This document shows, piece by piece, positions 20,484 through 34,066 of a stretch of 64,000 nucleotides of DNA. Numbering within the stretch: the first letter of the stretch is position 1; each line of letters opens with the position of its first letter. Source of the stretch: Takakia lepidozioides (Eukaryota > Plantae > Bryophyta); the NCBI GenBank assembly GCA_030704615.1, contig CM060731.1:75702001-75766000 (forward strand), given 5' to 3'. A program made the translations under genes and the position numbers. Below the pieces are notes generated by a model, which saw nothing but the letters and a program-made list of their open reading frames with translations, had not been told where the DNA came from and searched no databases.

Positions 20484-23105
20484 TGTATTATGGTAAGTCT
20501 TGGATGGCCTGACAATATGAATTGCAGGACCTAGTTTATGTCTTCTTCCATATTGGTTTGTCTGGTCATAATCTCATCGGTCGACTCCACATGAATTTAG
20601 CGTGTGTACACGCACAATGCCTCTGGGGATCTGCCCGGTCTGCCATTTTGAGCTGCTAGGTCTCTTCGCCACCTCATTCAGATGTCATGGTTTTAGTCAT
20701 GGTTTAACTAGGACATTTTAGATATTTATATTTATATTTATATTTTGTGTGTTGGGACTTCATTTGGTCTCACATGCCAAGTGAGGTATCAAGCCTCACT
20801 TGAGACATGGAGATAGGTTTTCCCCTTATGAGTGTCGAGGAGGCTCATCTTCTTGTAGTTGAGCCTCCATGAGCCTCTCCCACCTCCATAGCTCTAGGTA
20901 TTGAGAGGGAGTGTGTTGAGGGCTTTGTAGGGTGGATTCCTTTAGCAAAGGTGCCCTTGGCTTTGGCCTACAGAGAGGGTGAAAGACTATGGAGAAGAGA
21001 AACTAAAGCAATTCCTAACCCTAGAATGCTCTCATCCCACCACTCTCCCTCCTGTCTCTATCCACTCGCTTGTATGGCCGTGGCAAGTATCCTTCAATAT
21101 CCCTCAATCAATCCTTTAAGAGCTCTTCAACATTGTCCACCAAAGCTCCTTGAAGGGTCCTCCAAGGACCCCAAAGATCCTCCAAACACTCCTCCAAGGA
21201 CCCCAAAGATCCTCCAAATACTCCTCCAAGGGCCCTCAAATATCTTCCAAACAATCCTCCAAAGGCCCTTAAATTTCACTAAGTCCTTTCACTGTTGATA
21301 CCTTAACAGAGGTATAGTCTGAGGTTGCTAGGGTCCCTTATGTTGATGATACCTTTACAGAGGTATAGTCTGAAAATGAGGGTTCTGTTTGGTATACTAA
21401 CAGAGGTATAGTCTGAGCTGATTAGGGTCCACATATGGTGATACCTCAACAGAGGTATAGTAAAAGGGACAAGCTCATGTTTGGTATACTAACAGAGGTA
21501 TAGTCTGAGCTGATTAGGGTTCACATATGGTGATACCTCAATAGAGGTATAGTAAAATAGACAAGCTCCTGTTTGGTATACTAACAGAGGTATAGTCTCA
21601 CATTAGGGTTCACATATGGTGATACCTCAACAGAGGTATAGTCAAAGGGACAAGCTCCTGTTTGGTATACTAACAGAGGTATAGTCTGAGCATACACTAC
21701 TAGGGTTTGTAATGAAGAGCTAGAATGCAAGTCCTTGACTTCTATGCTTCTACTCAAGCAAAAATATGGTCTCTAGGTGGTCATAAGAGGCATCTTCTTG
21801 CTCTCTTCCACCCCAATGTGCAACCAAGAGTGGTCCAACTCAACTTGCAAGTCATTGTCCACCAAATCAATCCCCTTCTAGTCCTTGGGATTTGATTGCA
21901 AACTACCATATCTCCATTGCCGAGCAATCATGCATTTTGTCTCCTCATCACTTGACAATTGCTCCAAATCAACACAAATTATCTCAATGTGTAGGAGCAA
22001 TGCTTGTCACTTACAATAATGCTCCCAAGCAATCCGCCTTGGATCCCACTCTCACGCCATATGCCTCATTTGGGGTCTTGCACCAATCCATCATCCATGT
22101 GCTCCCCATGGTCATTTGAATGCATGTTTCATGACCTCTTGGCCTATGTGTTGCTCTCCTTCATCATAACATGAATCAACACCTCTCCACTCCACACACA
22201 AATGGATCTCAAAGGCCTTCACCTCTTGCTAGTTCAAGAGCCCTTCTCAAACTTGAACTTACAACTCAAGCGAGCATGCTCCACACATGCACCACTTGCT
22301 TGGTCAACTATCCACCACAAAGCTCGCACTACCAAGAGCATGAATAGCCAATTATTGCCTCCCCTCTTGTCACATTACATAGTTAGGGTGAAGCTATGCA
22401 TACATTGAATGATGATTTCCCTTCAAGGATTTCCCACCACATGTTCTCCAAGCCCTTCTAATGGCACCCTAAGCTTGGCTCCACACCACCATGATTGGAA
22501 GATTTCTTCACATGCTCCCTTTCAAACCTCTTGAGCTTCTTAGTGCTCTCCAAGTGCTTGCCCTTGTTGTCTTCAAACCCAAGCATATATAGCTCCTTGG
22601 CTTCTCTTCCACAACATCCACACTTTGAACTTGCTTAACCCTAGCTTGATAGTGAAATGAGCACTAACAAGCCTTTAGTCACTCTCCACAAGCCATGGCG
22701 CACACCATCGACTCCATAATGCATACAAAGGATTCTCAAACCCTAGAATCCATGCTTCCACACACACAAGACTTCCTCCTTACAATCCTTGCAAAATCTT
22801 GTGACTCAAGAGCTTTCTTCTCAAGCTCTCCAACTCCTTGGTGCATGCAATACTCGAGCACCTTTCCTTGCAACCCCTTGCAAGCCTTGTGATACAAGAG
22901 CTAAATTCTCCTAGCTCTCAACCTCTTTAAAATACAAGTGAAAAACTAATCCTTACACTCCGCACTCACAAGCATAAGGTCATCTTCTTGTAGTGATAAG
23001 AGATGAGAAATGAGAGAAGTAAAAGACAATGAAAGCTCTCAAAGCATGAAGCAATCACATGAAGAACAAGCCCTAGTCCTTCCAAGTGAAATCCACTCTA
23101 TCACA
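20484..23105. mobile_element. Possible long solo LTR or non-coding TE segment
   Basis: TGT...ACA ends, no coherent ORF, internal tandem repeats. No TSD found. Confidence 0.35.
21295..21690. repeat. Higher-order tandem repeat: 9 copies of AGAGGTATAGT at ~45-bp spacing with alternating spacers
   Basis: Alternating GATACCTCAACAGAGGTATAGT and GTATACTAACAGAGGTATAGT units, giving a dimer of ~90 bp. Confidence 0.9.
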
Positions 23106-23159
23106 TAAACTAAACCTTTCCGTAGGTGGAGGCAAGAGTCAGTCCGGGTTTGGGTTGGG

Positions 23160-25230
23160 GTGTCCTTGCAGGAGCGACACTCTGGAGTGTTTTCCAAAAA
23201 CTCGAATTGGCAGAAGGACAAGCTCTTCTGTCCCTTCTGTGAAGAGGTAATCAAGGACAAAATCCAACTAAATTGGCATTGTGTTGACACGGGTTGCAAG
23301 GATACTGTTGCAATGATTCCACGGGATTTCAAGCCTTGGCTGATACTGAAAGAAATGTCGATTGTCAAAGAGGCCACAATGCGCTTGCGCGGATCAGTGC
23401 TTGACCCCCGCACTTTGGAATTAGACGAAGTGCGCGCACGGTATGGCGTCCATTGTAGTGGCCCGTCAATGGAGGATTTGCAAGTGCAGGGAACGCTGGA
23501 CGCTCCCAGAAAACGTAAACTGAGTGATGGGGCCCAAAAAAAGGAGAGGCAAAAAAAGGAGAAGGCTGCAAGGTCTGCTCGCGAGGCAAGGGCAAAATCC
23601 ACGCAACAGACTGAACCCCGTCCTGGGCGGCAGACCCACACCATCAGTACTGATACTGAAAGTGAATCTGCTCAGGGCCTGGAAGGGGTGACAAGTCCAG
23701 TGGACATTGACTTGCCTGACCAGACTCGGTAGCAGACTCACACAAATATCGCGACCCATGCCATCGGTTTAGGGTCAAAACCAAAAACTCAACAGAGCAC
23801 TGAAGGGCCAGTCTGCCCTGGCACATTGCGCCTCGTTGACTTTGGGCTTTTCCCACCAGAGTGCCCACCAATTGGGGATCTAGACTTCTTCCGTTATTTC
23901 TACAGAGTTGCCCAGTCAGGTCTGCTACGCACATTAATCCGACAGGCGGAACAGAACTGGTTGAACAGCTTTGAAGATGAAGATGAAGATGATGAAGTAG
24001 AGGAGGTAATGGTCAGTCTGACCGCCCAGTCTGTTCTCTGTGCTGTTTGAGTCCATCATCGGGGTCACGTTGCCTATTCAGTCTGGTCAGTCCCCTGTGT
24101 TCTCTCCTCAGTCCGCTGGCTCAGTCCGCTCGTCAGTTAGTCTGTTTTATATCGCTGCATTACTTACTGAGTCCGTTTGTCAGTCCGCTGGTCCAGTCCA
24201 CTGGTATAGTCTACTAGTTGCCTCCACCCTACGTACGCATGTTACAGTCTGCTGGTCTGTGAGTCCAGTCCGCTGCATGAGGTGAATATAGAGTCCACGT
24301 CCATGTTCCTGACTTCGAAGTTCTCTGCCGTGTACCAGAATGAACGTGTTTCTATTCGTAGGGCCATTCAGGCTTGGCGGAAACCTAGCAATGATGCTCC
24401 TTTACAAGCGACTGTAGTGCGTGCGGAAGTGGACCACGTGCGAGAGTACATATTATTGAAGTATCCTGGGTCATCTGCTGCTATAGCGGCATTACATATT
24501 GAAGACGCGTGGGGGGGGAATGCGTCTGGGACAACCGAGTCTGCCATCCCATTCAGCAGGCCATCATCCAGCAGACTCCAAGAGAGCAGACTCCCAACGA
24601 GCAGCCTATCATCCTGCAGACTCCTCTCCAGGAGCCCATCATGCAACCCATGCCAATGGGAAGTCCTGTCATCCAACAGACTGCGGACCAACAGACTGAC
24701 AGACTGCCTTTCTTTCACATAGCACGGCGCTTTTTGCAGTTTGGCGATCGCCATCACCGGTAATTCGCCCCGGAGCAGAAGACCTCACACTTCCCCGGCT
24801 TAGGGTGGGAGAAATTAATCCCCATTTGGATTGGCATAATGAGCTCTACCGGATCGTTGCGGACCGCCGGTGGTCATTTGTACCCTTTCATTATTCCATG
24901 GAGTTTTCTATTGAGGAAGCCAACCATGTTCTAGAAGCCGCCTCTGCTGTTGCCATTGAAGCCACAAGCGACCAAAATGCGCCGCCTCTACTTGTGCAGC
25001 TGATTCTCATGGATGACCCACGGCCTGAAGACCTCAGACATATGCCTATGGCACATCCAATTTTTGGGGTGCGAAGAAAGCACTTGTTCGGATTGACCGA
25101 GGAGGACTTTGAGCGCATGGTAGCTTCCTTCCTACAACATAGATGGATGCAATTTGGCAATTTCCGCTCATACAACAAGTTACACAGATCCTGGATCCCT
25201 GTGCTGATAAGGAGTTCTTCCTACTCTTGA
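23160..25230 (+). other. Unidentified ORF fragments (CPFC-x12-H-x5-C Zn-finger-like, basic patch, acidic patch), probably a TE accessory region
   Basis: ORFs 23160-23732, 23826-24050, 24282-24763 and 24805-25230. No family recognised. Confidence 0.3.
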
Positions 25231-25777
25231 TCTATAGCGCAATCAAGCAATGAGGAAAACCTGTTTCAGCTGGGTAGTGGTGTGTATTCATCGGGTTATC
25301 GTTTATGATGTGGGGTGAAATTACCTTCAGCTAAGGAGTTCGGTGCTGGATGTACACCCCAACTAGGATTGAGGTTGAGGGCAGTGGTTGTTGGGCTGAA
25401 AATGAATAAGTGTGCATGATCAGTACGACTGCTTACTTAGTTTTTCCGGCAACACAAGATTTTGTGAATGCACAGTAACGAAGCTGATGACACAAGGTAT
25501 CTGATATGTGAAATTTCCTCCTTTCAGTGTCCAGTGCAGAATGAGTGGGATGGTGATTATAGCGACAGATGCAGATGACACCGGTGCATGCTTCTGATCT
25601 TAAAGATTTCTCACCAATGGTGCGACCCGCTTGTTGAAGGAGGCTATTGCGCAAGGTGGCCTGTATCTGTATCTGGTGAAGGATAGGCAAGACATAAGTA
25701 TGGGGCACGACGCTTTGCCAGGGCTTTCACCTGCACATCGTCGCTCCCAGAACCCTTCATCCCCGTTTTCAGCAGTC

Positions 25778-26872
25778 ATGCCACGGAAACAGATGACACG
25801 CGATGAGCCCGACCTTGGGTGGCGCACTCTGGTTCGCCGCCATAAGTTTCTCCTCTTCATACTGGGAATCTTGACTCTCCTTTGCACTGTATATCTTTAC
25901 TTCGCCGTGACTCTGGGCACTGGAGAGAAGTGTGCTGGTTTGAGGGGTACACAACGTGCTCTCTGCGTAGCGGCGTCCAAGCCTGGGGGAGTGGGTGGGT
26001 TGCATGGGAAGCATCGCGGTATTGCTCGCAGGCTCATTCTGGAGGAGGAAGTTGGTACGTTATATATCATGCATTCTCAAGGACGGGACCAGTCTCTATG
26101 CCATCTGACGTGTTTTCATAGGCTGGATGGTTGTAAAGGATATATTGTTCCTTGCATCTTTCACAGTAGTTTCATTTCTCAGCAAGGATTGTCAAGAGAA
26201 GTAGCTCTTATGGTCTCCCTAGGTTCAAAGTTTTTTCAGACCTAGCCACCAGAAAATGTCAAGGCTTTTCACATTCGCGCATTGGATCAGACACACCTGT
26301 GAATTATGTATCTAACAGCCCTATGCTTTTAGGGTTTTCAGAAGCAAATGGCGGAGAGCAGGTTTTAGAGAAGCCTTCTACGATAACAGCATCATTGGAC
26401 AACTCAAAGGACCCCACCAGTAGTTCCGCCCATGAGCTGCATGTGTCTCTGACTGAGGATATTGAGCTCTGGAGGAAGAGAATTGCAACGTACAGGGAGC
26501 TGCTGAAACTAAAACTAAACTCGGTCAGAAAGGTGAAGAATGTACTTGACATGAATACATATTTGGGAAGGTTTGAAATGTATTCTGGATTTTGGACTGC
26601 ATTCAGTGCCAGTGGTTCAATTCTGCTGTATGGACAATGATCAGTCTAAAGGTGTTTGAGTAGTAGGTAGAGGGAGTGTGAGTGTGACCAGACCTAGCCT
26701 GATTTCATTGATGTGTGTTTTGGTACACAATATCGTTAGAGAGGAACTTCACAAGCAGAGGATGTTGAAATGGTGAGGTGTGGTAAACAGCACAAATTTG
26801 TGTTTCTGTTGCTCAATTTGTTCTTCGTTGTTCAGGTTAAGCTTCCGAGCCCTGTGCATATCCCCAAATTGA
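25778..26872 (+). CDS. Small single-pass membrane protein (conserved plant LCTVYLYFAVTLG family) with a PMT/DUF248-like C-terminal fragment; 3 exons
   Basis: Exons 25778-26054, 26333-26570 and 26836-26872 with phase-matched GT-AG introns. RRHKFLL..LLCTVYLYFAVTLG..CAGLRGTQRALC, then EDIELWRKRIATY..VKNVLDMNTYLG. Confidence 0.75.
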
Positions 26873-28341
26873 GATGATTTCTGGAGATGCATTCCAACAA
26901 CGGAGTGAGGGGTGGAGTACTTGGCTGCATGGACGGGAGTGAAGGCTAATGTTTGCTACATTCGTCTTTCCAGTTCTGCAGCAGTGATGGCAAGGAAGCA
27001 GAGAGGGTGCTGGCTGTGAACGTACCGACCAATGCTCCCAATTGCCAGGTTATATAGTCATTCAAAAAGGGAGGTGAGAGACAATAGCTGAGGAATTTGG
27101 ATATGGCCCCTTTCTGTGGCTGGAGGTTCAGAATTTTTGCAGTTTTGCAAAAAAGTGCTTGGGACCATTAGGGGTTAACATTGTGTTGTGAATCAAAAGT
27201 CCCAGACAATCAACTGCATCATGCGAGGCAGTGACAAGCTGCCACCACCCTCCATCAATCTCATCAGCTGGTACATAAGGCCTTCATCCTGGTAGGGAGA
27301 AACTTTGAAAAAAAAGTGAACCAAGAGGAAATCCTGATGGCAGCTTCTTCTCAAGCGCACAGGCTGGTGATGTCAAGGTGGAGATTTTGCAAGTCGCACA
27401 GCTCTCTGATTGTCCCAGCAGCTTTAGCTGCTTAATGAAGAAGTTCACCTTAAAATCTGATAGGGTCCAGTGTCGCCAATTTCCTGTTCATCTTTGTCAA
27501 GATGACCAACTTCTACTGCTATGTCCAGCCCTTTCTGCTAGATACTTCTTTTCTAAGCAGTCACATACTGTGAAATATGGGATGAAAAGACCAACTGAGA
27601 TGCGCAGACACAGGTCTTGAAGGACATTCCTAGATTCCAACATTGTAACAGGACATGATTAATCCGGAGATGATGAGATTCTGGGTCAATACGGCCTGCA
27701 ACTGCATACTGTGTAATTAGAAGTAGCCTACTCGCCTGCACAAATTGAGATCACTGGATTTTGCAACTAAACTTCCCTCATCATGCCTGACCAAAGTTTG
27801 ATTCCAACATTCTTTTCCTACAACCTTTTAACATCCCAACCTAGCTCTGCATGCAACCTATTGCTATAGGGGAAAAACAACGGTACCAGCAACACCAGGA
27901 CAACGACCCATGAAAGCTTGAAATGTGTAGGTATGTCTGGTTGAGGTTTTGGGTTGGTCACTAGAATTTAAGCAAAAGTTCCACCTTCCAGCAGGTGCTT
28001 CATTGTTCCAGGGTTTGTAATCCAAATGCAGCTCAAGCTTCAATAGTAAGTGCAAAGTGGACAGACCTGCATAAAACCCACATGCCTAGCTCACATGTTC
28101 AACAAGGACATCAGTAGGTGACCGAGGCTCCCCCGAGAAATTCTTTTGTTGGTCGTCCAGTTTACAGGATCTTCACTAAAGATCTTAAAAGATCAGCTGC
28201 ATTGAAATGTCTTTTGAGATGATATCCATCAGCTCGATACTAATACACTCTGAAACTTCAACACTACTACTACTGACTGCAGAGAAATAAACCCTACAGC
28301 AACAAACACTTGCGCATCCATCACAGCAAGCAGGTATAGAC

Positions 28342-29160
28342 CAGTGTTGGGCGGTTCTTGCATTTGTGAAGGAACCTTCGGTTCCGGTTCCACAATTATT
28401 TCAAGAGACGGTTCCAGATCCGGTTCTGGTTTTTTTTTATTGAGCCGGTTCCGGTCCGGTTCCGGATCCAACTTTTAAACATGGGGGCGGTTCCGGTTAC
28501 CGGTTAGTTGCTGATTAAAACCATCGGTTCCGGTTAGGTTCCGGTTCTATTTTTAAAATATATTTGTTTAATTTAATTAAATTTTAAAATATTTTATCAG
28601 TCCGGTAGATTAAATAGCAGTGTATTCACATATTTGAACTAAAATCCAACGATTTTGTTAGTTTTCACTAACACAAAAAAAAAACAAAAATACTCTAAAT
28701 AAACTGGTAGAAGAAAATGGGTAAAATTTTATGGGTTGAAAGTACTATTCAGCTACCTGGCAAGTATTGGCATCTTCAAACATTGTATTAATGAACTTAG
28801 CCAGGATAACATGGAGCTGGAGGTTGAACCCAAGGTTATGGCGCTGAAGCATTGAACATAGAATCTCGTGGCCTTCAAGCATTGAACCCAGGTGCTCAAG
28901 AGCTTGAGAGCATTAAAGAAGTTTTGCCCTGGGCCCACCAGCTCTCTAGTGGGTTCAAGAACCGGAACATGTGTTTTTATCCCTGTGCGCCCGGTTCTCC
29001 GGTTCTCACACCCAGCAGGAACCGCCGGTTCGGTTCTGCACCGATCCCCATTGGCAGGTTCCGGTTCCGGGTCAGGTTCTCTAGGAATGGGCCCAGTTCC
29101 GGTTAACCTGAACCTGAACCGGCGGTTAACCTGGTCCCGGCCGGTAACCCCCCAACACTG
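28342..29160. mobile_element. Non-autonomous hAT element (MITE), 819 bp
   Basis: TIRs CAGTGTTGGG...CCCAACACTG, perfect 8-bp TSD GTATAGAC (28334-28341 and 29161-29168), and many subterminal GGTTCC/GAACC repeats. Confidence 0.95.
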
Positions 29161-29164
29161 GTAT

Positions 29165-29385
29165 AGACTCATAAGTTGTTTGCCGTAGCCTTGTGGCCAT
29201 TGACCCTACGCCCAGTTTGAGGGGAACACAAAGGGACAGAAACTACCTTTGTCAGGGCTGACGCCGGTAGTATGACTTACCTTGAAACATGCAATTGATC
29301 TGAGTCTCTCGAAATCCCTTCACACAAACATCAATCTGCTGTGTGCGATTTTCCCAATAACTAGACACCAAAAGGGCCTGGGCCT
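29165..29385. repeat. Dispersed ~200-bp repeat, copy 1 (others at ~34805-35025 and ~38545-38715)
   Basis: Shared blocks ACTCATA..TTGTTTGC, GGTAGT(A/G)TGACTTACCTTG and ..TGCTG.GTG in all three copies. Confidence 0.8.
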
Positions 29386-30539
29386 TTGGCTCAGCCACAA
29401 GAATTTCAACGTTGCTATACAGAAGTATAGGAACAACTCCCTTGGAGGAATTGAAGAGGTTGTCTCTCTGGTGCGCAAGCAGGTATAGAGAAGGATATGA
29501 GTAACGACGATATTGCTGGGTTTATCACATGCTCTTCTCACGGGGCTGTTGCCAAGGTAGGGCCGCGGAACCAAGGCACCCCACTCTAGCTCTTCGTAGC
29601 TCTACTGCTCCAATTCTGCAGATTCTGCAGACAATGTTGCCATGGACAAAGCTCCAAAGCCGCCTCTACCCCCGCCAGGCCTGCCACATAGAAAGCTGCT
29701 CCTGCTACAACTCGACCCGCACCATTGTCCCCTTCTTCTTACCCTCTCATCAGCACACTAAACATGGAAAAAAAACTTGAAGAAAACTACAAACGGTTGG
29801 ATGGAGGGGTATGACTGCCGTTACCCTTATCCATGAGATTCGACACTATGAACTACCCCTAACTGCCCACGGCAAGCAGAGCACTTCTGCGCTCATGGGC
29901 ATCCTCAGTAGAGAAGTTTGACATCGCACATTGAGAAACTGTTTGCTTGAGTCACATTGATGAGTCTCCCTGGAACCAAGCATTTAGGGTTTCCAAGACA
30001 TTTGAGAAGGGGGAGTGGGATCTGTACAGAGCTCTGATCCTTTTCAGTGCTAGATCTATGCCATTTTTATTATATCAGAAGACTCTGGACAATGTGTATA
30101 ACATCCGAATTCATTCAATCCCAGGGAATTCACTATGCTCAAGTGGTTGTGCCTGCTACGAGCTTGAAAGATCCCATTGAGCTAGGCCATGATTAGTGTG
30201 ATTAAAGCTTGAATAATGTACATAGAAAGGAAGGAAAACTGTCAAATTTTACAGCTTGCCTGTCGAAGATCAGTCAAGCACAATCAAAACTTATGAATTG
30301 AGGACTTGAGTTGTCGCTATAGCAGTTCCAAATAATGTATCTTCCAGCTTGCGCATTCACGGTGGACTTTGTTGACCTTGCACAGACTGGGCTGGACGAA
30401 TTGCCGGTTGATTCCTTTTCTTCATGTTCCCTCCTCCCAACTCTTAGACTTTCTTCAGTATATTTCAGTAGACATCTAACCTAGGGTGTTAGTTCTAATT
30501 TAATGTGCCATACGACCCCACTCTCTCATATGAACACTT

Positions 30540-32100
30540 ACGTACTATTATTGTCTTGAGCACGAATCGCTTCCTTGTCCACCTCCTCGGCCTTCAACCT
30601 AATTTGTTCCAGCCCTCTATCAGGTTGAGTTTTATCTTCTGAACGACTTGCACATAGACTTTGTTCTTTTCTGCCTGTTCCGCTATCTTCTTACGAATCC
30701 AGATCAGTTGACTAGCAACTTTCAATTGCCAGACACGGATTTGGCAACAGGAGACAGACAGCTACCGCAGCAGTGGGCCTGCAGGACCGATGCAATTGCA
30801 TGAATTCGAAGAATTTCGCTAAAATTTCCTCGAGAATTAAGCTTTTTTCGGTGCTCAAGGATGGTATAAGGTGCTCATAAGCCTCACTCAAGCTTGTGGA
30901 ACCTGGAGAGAATGTCGATGTAGGTTTGCTGCAACTGGCTCCGTAATGTCTAAGGTTCTCTCTTGAAACATGGAGGTTATCTAGACGTTTACGCAGAATG
31001 AGAGGTTTATCTTGAATGTTGTCTTGAGTACAGAAGAACCGCTCGGGATGTGCCCCCAACCATTCCATAGATATGATAGAGGAAGAGGAGCACAACAAGG
31101 CCAAGGCACCAATATAGTCGGACATAGATTAGTAATGTTCCGACGAGAGAAAAGGAGGCTAAAACCAAGACCTTGTTATAGGCAGGGCGCACGGAACGTG
31201 CACAAGGTGATCTGCGACTGCGAGTGCAGGGATTGGCAAATTGATAGTAGCACAACGTTGTGCAGACCAACAGCAGTGCCACACATGCTGTCTTCCTCAT
31301 CACAATCTCCAATGCTGGCATGCCTTGCAACCTCTAACGTCCCTGTAAGAACCCACAAACATGTTGACCAAACCCTTTTGGAAAGTGCCAGCTTTTAGAA
31401 GGAGAAGACAAGGAGATTCTAGGGACAGTACACTGCAAGTTGTGATGAGGTGGGAAGTCCTTTGTAGCAGCATCCTGAAACGGTCGCTGCTCACATCTTC
31501 TATGTTTACGTAGACTTCGTTCGGTGACAGTTGTGAGAACTGCTGTCATTTACACAGGTGGTTCACAGATCAATAGAAGGAACCCAGACCATTTCTCTCT
31601 CTGAAACCTCTCTCCCCATATTTCTTGCTCTGCTCCAATGGTGCGCTGTACTATCGGTGAGAAACAACTCCGTGATATTAAACCTGTACTCCCACTGCAA
31701 TTCAACATCAAGCCCACAAACTAGTGGTGTTCTCTGTTTGTTCTTTCTCACATTCTACAAAGGGCATCCACACTTGATAGAAAAGGAAATGGTGGAGCAC
31801 GGTTCTGTTTGAGACGAACCAAATATCTCATGCAGCTTTTGTGATTGAGGGTTTGGGACCGCCACTCTTGCCCTTTCGACATACATCTGAAGAACATTGG
31901 ATCCTACAGACACGAGAAAAGGGGCGTTCGTGCCTTTTCAAATATTGAAGAACATCTTTCGTGTCTTTCCTTTCATGTCCGACCGTGCCCTTTCGGTAAC
32001 GATTCTCACTCCCTTCCACAAGCTCTTTTGAGCCTCCAAAGTCACAACATCCATTGTTTCTCAAGAGCCCACCCCCTACCAGAAACAGCACAAGGGGCTC
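30540..32100 (-). pseudogene. Possible heavily decayed TMC-like paralog
   Basis: Weak but collinear echoes of the + strand TMC gene: LHEIFGSS, DCDEEDSMC, SMEWLGA, SCSKPTSTFSPGSTS, ASVL, and a helical tail. Many frameshifts. Confidence 0.3.
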
Positions 32101-32929
32101 TTATTGCAGCACTAAGTCCGACTCTACTCTCTTCATCTGTTTGCAAAGCGCAATAACCTCTGCCTTGAACTCCATGTGAACTGGGGTGGTTGATGCTTCA
32201 TAACATAGTTTAGAAAGGGGACTTGCTGGCTATCAAATGTATCATTTCCTATGAAGAGTTAACAATAACCTCAGAATCGACTTTGTATATTCTCCACAAC
32301 AGTCTAAGGTGCCAGATTGTCAGGTTCAATCCATGGGCACAATGTGATGGAATTTTGAGCACTGCCCCACAAGCCCTGACATCTACAGTGATGACCAGAT
32401 TTCAGTTGGAGATTTATGAGAGAGGTAAGAGAAGTATAAACTAAAGCAACCAAAGGGGTCCAACTAGTTCAGCAGTAGCCTTATTGGTCACAGTTGAATC
32501 AGACACTCATTGCTGTCAGCATGTGATGATAAAGGTACACAACGTTCAATTCATATGACCAAGCGCTTAGGGCAGAAGAGTGCTTAACCCACCAACAACC
32601 AAAGCGGCTGGCTGTATCATCGCAGTAAGACGTTAGGCATTCTGATCTCTATACTGAATGGCTCTACCAAGGGGTGAGCAGGACACTAGTATTTCTAGTA
32701 TCTTCGGAAATCATAGAGGGATGATCTGGAGTTTATTCTAACAATGTGCTCAAGGATATAATGGCAATTGAGTGTCCTCCTCCCATGGCACATATGCAAA
32801 ACTGTATGCCGAGTACGTTGTTGCAAGGTCAGGCAGTACCACCAACCCTTTGGATTTGGCATACGATCAAATGATGAAAAGGTGAATCTGACAGCTCAAT
32901 TACTTGTTTGGGCCTCTCTCACCCTCTCT

Positions 32930-33400
32930 CCTCGGGGCGTTGGGAATGAGGGCTACACATTCTTTCTTGTATCCTGCTTTCTGTTGTGCCAGAAACTCTT
33001 TGAACTTTCCGGGGATGCTATGAAATTTCCTTTCTTGCTCTCTCTCCATGGCTTCCCTACTGCCACAGAATACGGAGAGTGAGGAAACTTTGTCCAAGTA
33101 TGAAAGGAATTGATGCATCAGACGGGAGCTGATGGAACTTCACGTCAGGCGAACCTGGAAACCGCCAATCTTACACAAAACTGCAGTTCTATTGGGAGAG
33201 TCTTGGTTCCGCGATGATAGAACTTTGCAGCCGAACTACCTGTCTGCAGCTCTATCTCCCTCCCTTTTAAGGTCATTGGGAAGGTTTATGGTGGGCTCCT
33301 ACAGTCTGCAGATAGAGACTGGACAACCTACAGCATGAGGACCGCCTGTGCTCCGCTCGCGCTGGGGATAGCGCGAGATCAAAAGTGAAGATCATATGCA
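32930..33400 (+). mobile_element. Degenerate 3' fragment of a non-LTR retrotransposon (RTE-X/CR1-like ORF2 C-terminus)
   Basis: LQPNYLS..LLRSLGRFMVGSYSLQIETG followed by RLC..EDH matches the RFRxGSHxLxIETG + Zn-knuckle tail of such LINEs. Confidence 0.5.
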
Positions 33401-34066
33401 ACTTAAGCCGCCGCACCTTCTCGTCCGCTGGTCAAGTCCCGTGGATCTCATTATAGAAAGGACAGTGAAGGAAAGCAACAGAAGGTAAATCAAAAGTGAA
33501 GAATGTTCTTCACTTGTGATTTACTTCCTGTTGCCTTCTTTCACTGTTTTTTCTATTATGAGATCCACGGAGATACTAATGTCTATTTGGAGATATCAAT
33601 CTCTCACATATGTGTTCACGAGGATCAGAAATGCTTAGCAGTATATCTGCATGAGGCGTTCAGTGTTTTCGGGCTAATTGTAGAGTGCCCCACTCTCTTT
33701 CTTGTTTCATGCTTTACCTCGTCCCAATAGCTCTTTAAGCTTCCTGGGGACTTTATAAAGTATGATTTCATTTCATTTCATTGCTTCGAATTCTCTCCTC
33801 CCCTCCTTATATAAGAGACTGTCAATAGAGCCTCCCCTTCTTCCTTACTTGTCTCATATGTTCCTTAGTGTCTCTGGCCTCCCGTGGATAGGAGTTCTTT
33901 CTTTCTCTTTCTTTAAATGTGAGTCTTACCCTCCTGCACTCACTCCTTGTACATAGATTTGTTCTATAGTTTCTCAGTCTGTTCCTTTATTGAAGATCGT
34001 GTAAGATAGTCCCGTGATGCGAACAAAAGCATGTCATAGGTCTGAAAGGCACTGAGAAAGGGAAGA

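Noticed and set aside
21295-21690. CRISPR-like array
   Set aside because: The spacers are themselves repeated in alternation, there are no cas genes, and the context is eukaryotic.
20484-23105. Clean solo LTR with TSD
   Set aside because: The flanks (GTCGT and TAAAC) do not match and no PBS or PPT is adjacent, so it is kept only as a low-confidence feature.
28229-29188. EP/GS-rich ORFs
   Set aside because: They are translations of the GGTTCC subterminal repeats of the hAT MITE.
29272-29285. U1 snRNA 5' end (ACTTACCT)
   Set aside because: No U1 stem-loops or Sm site follow.
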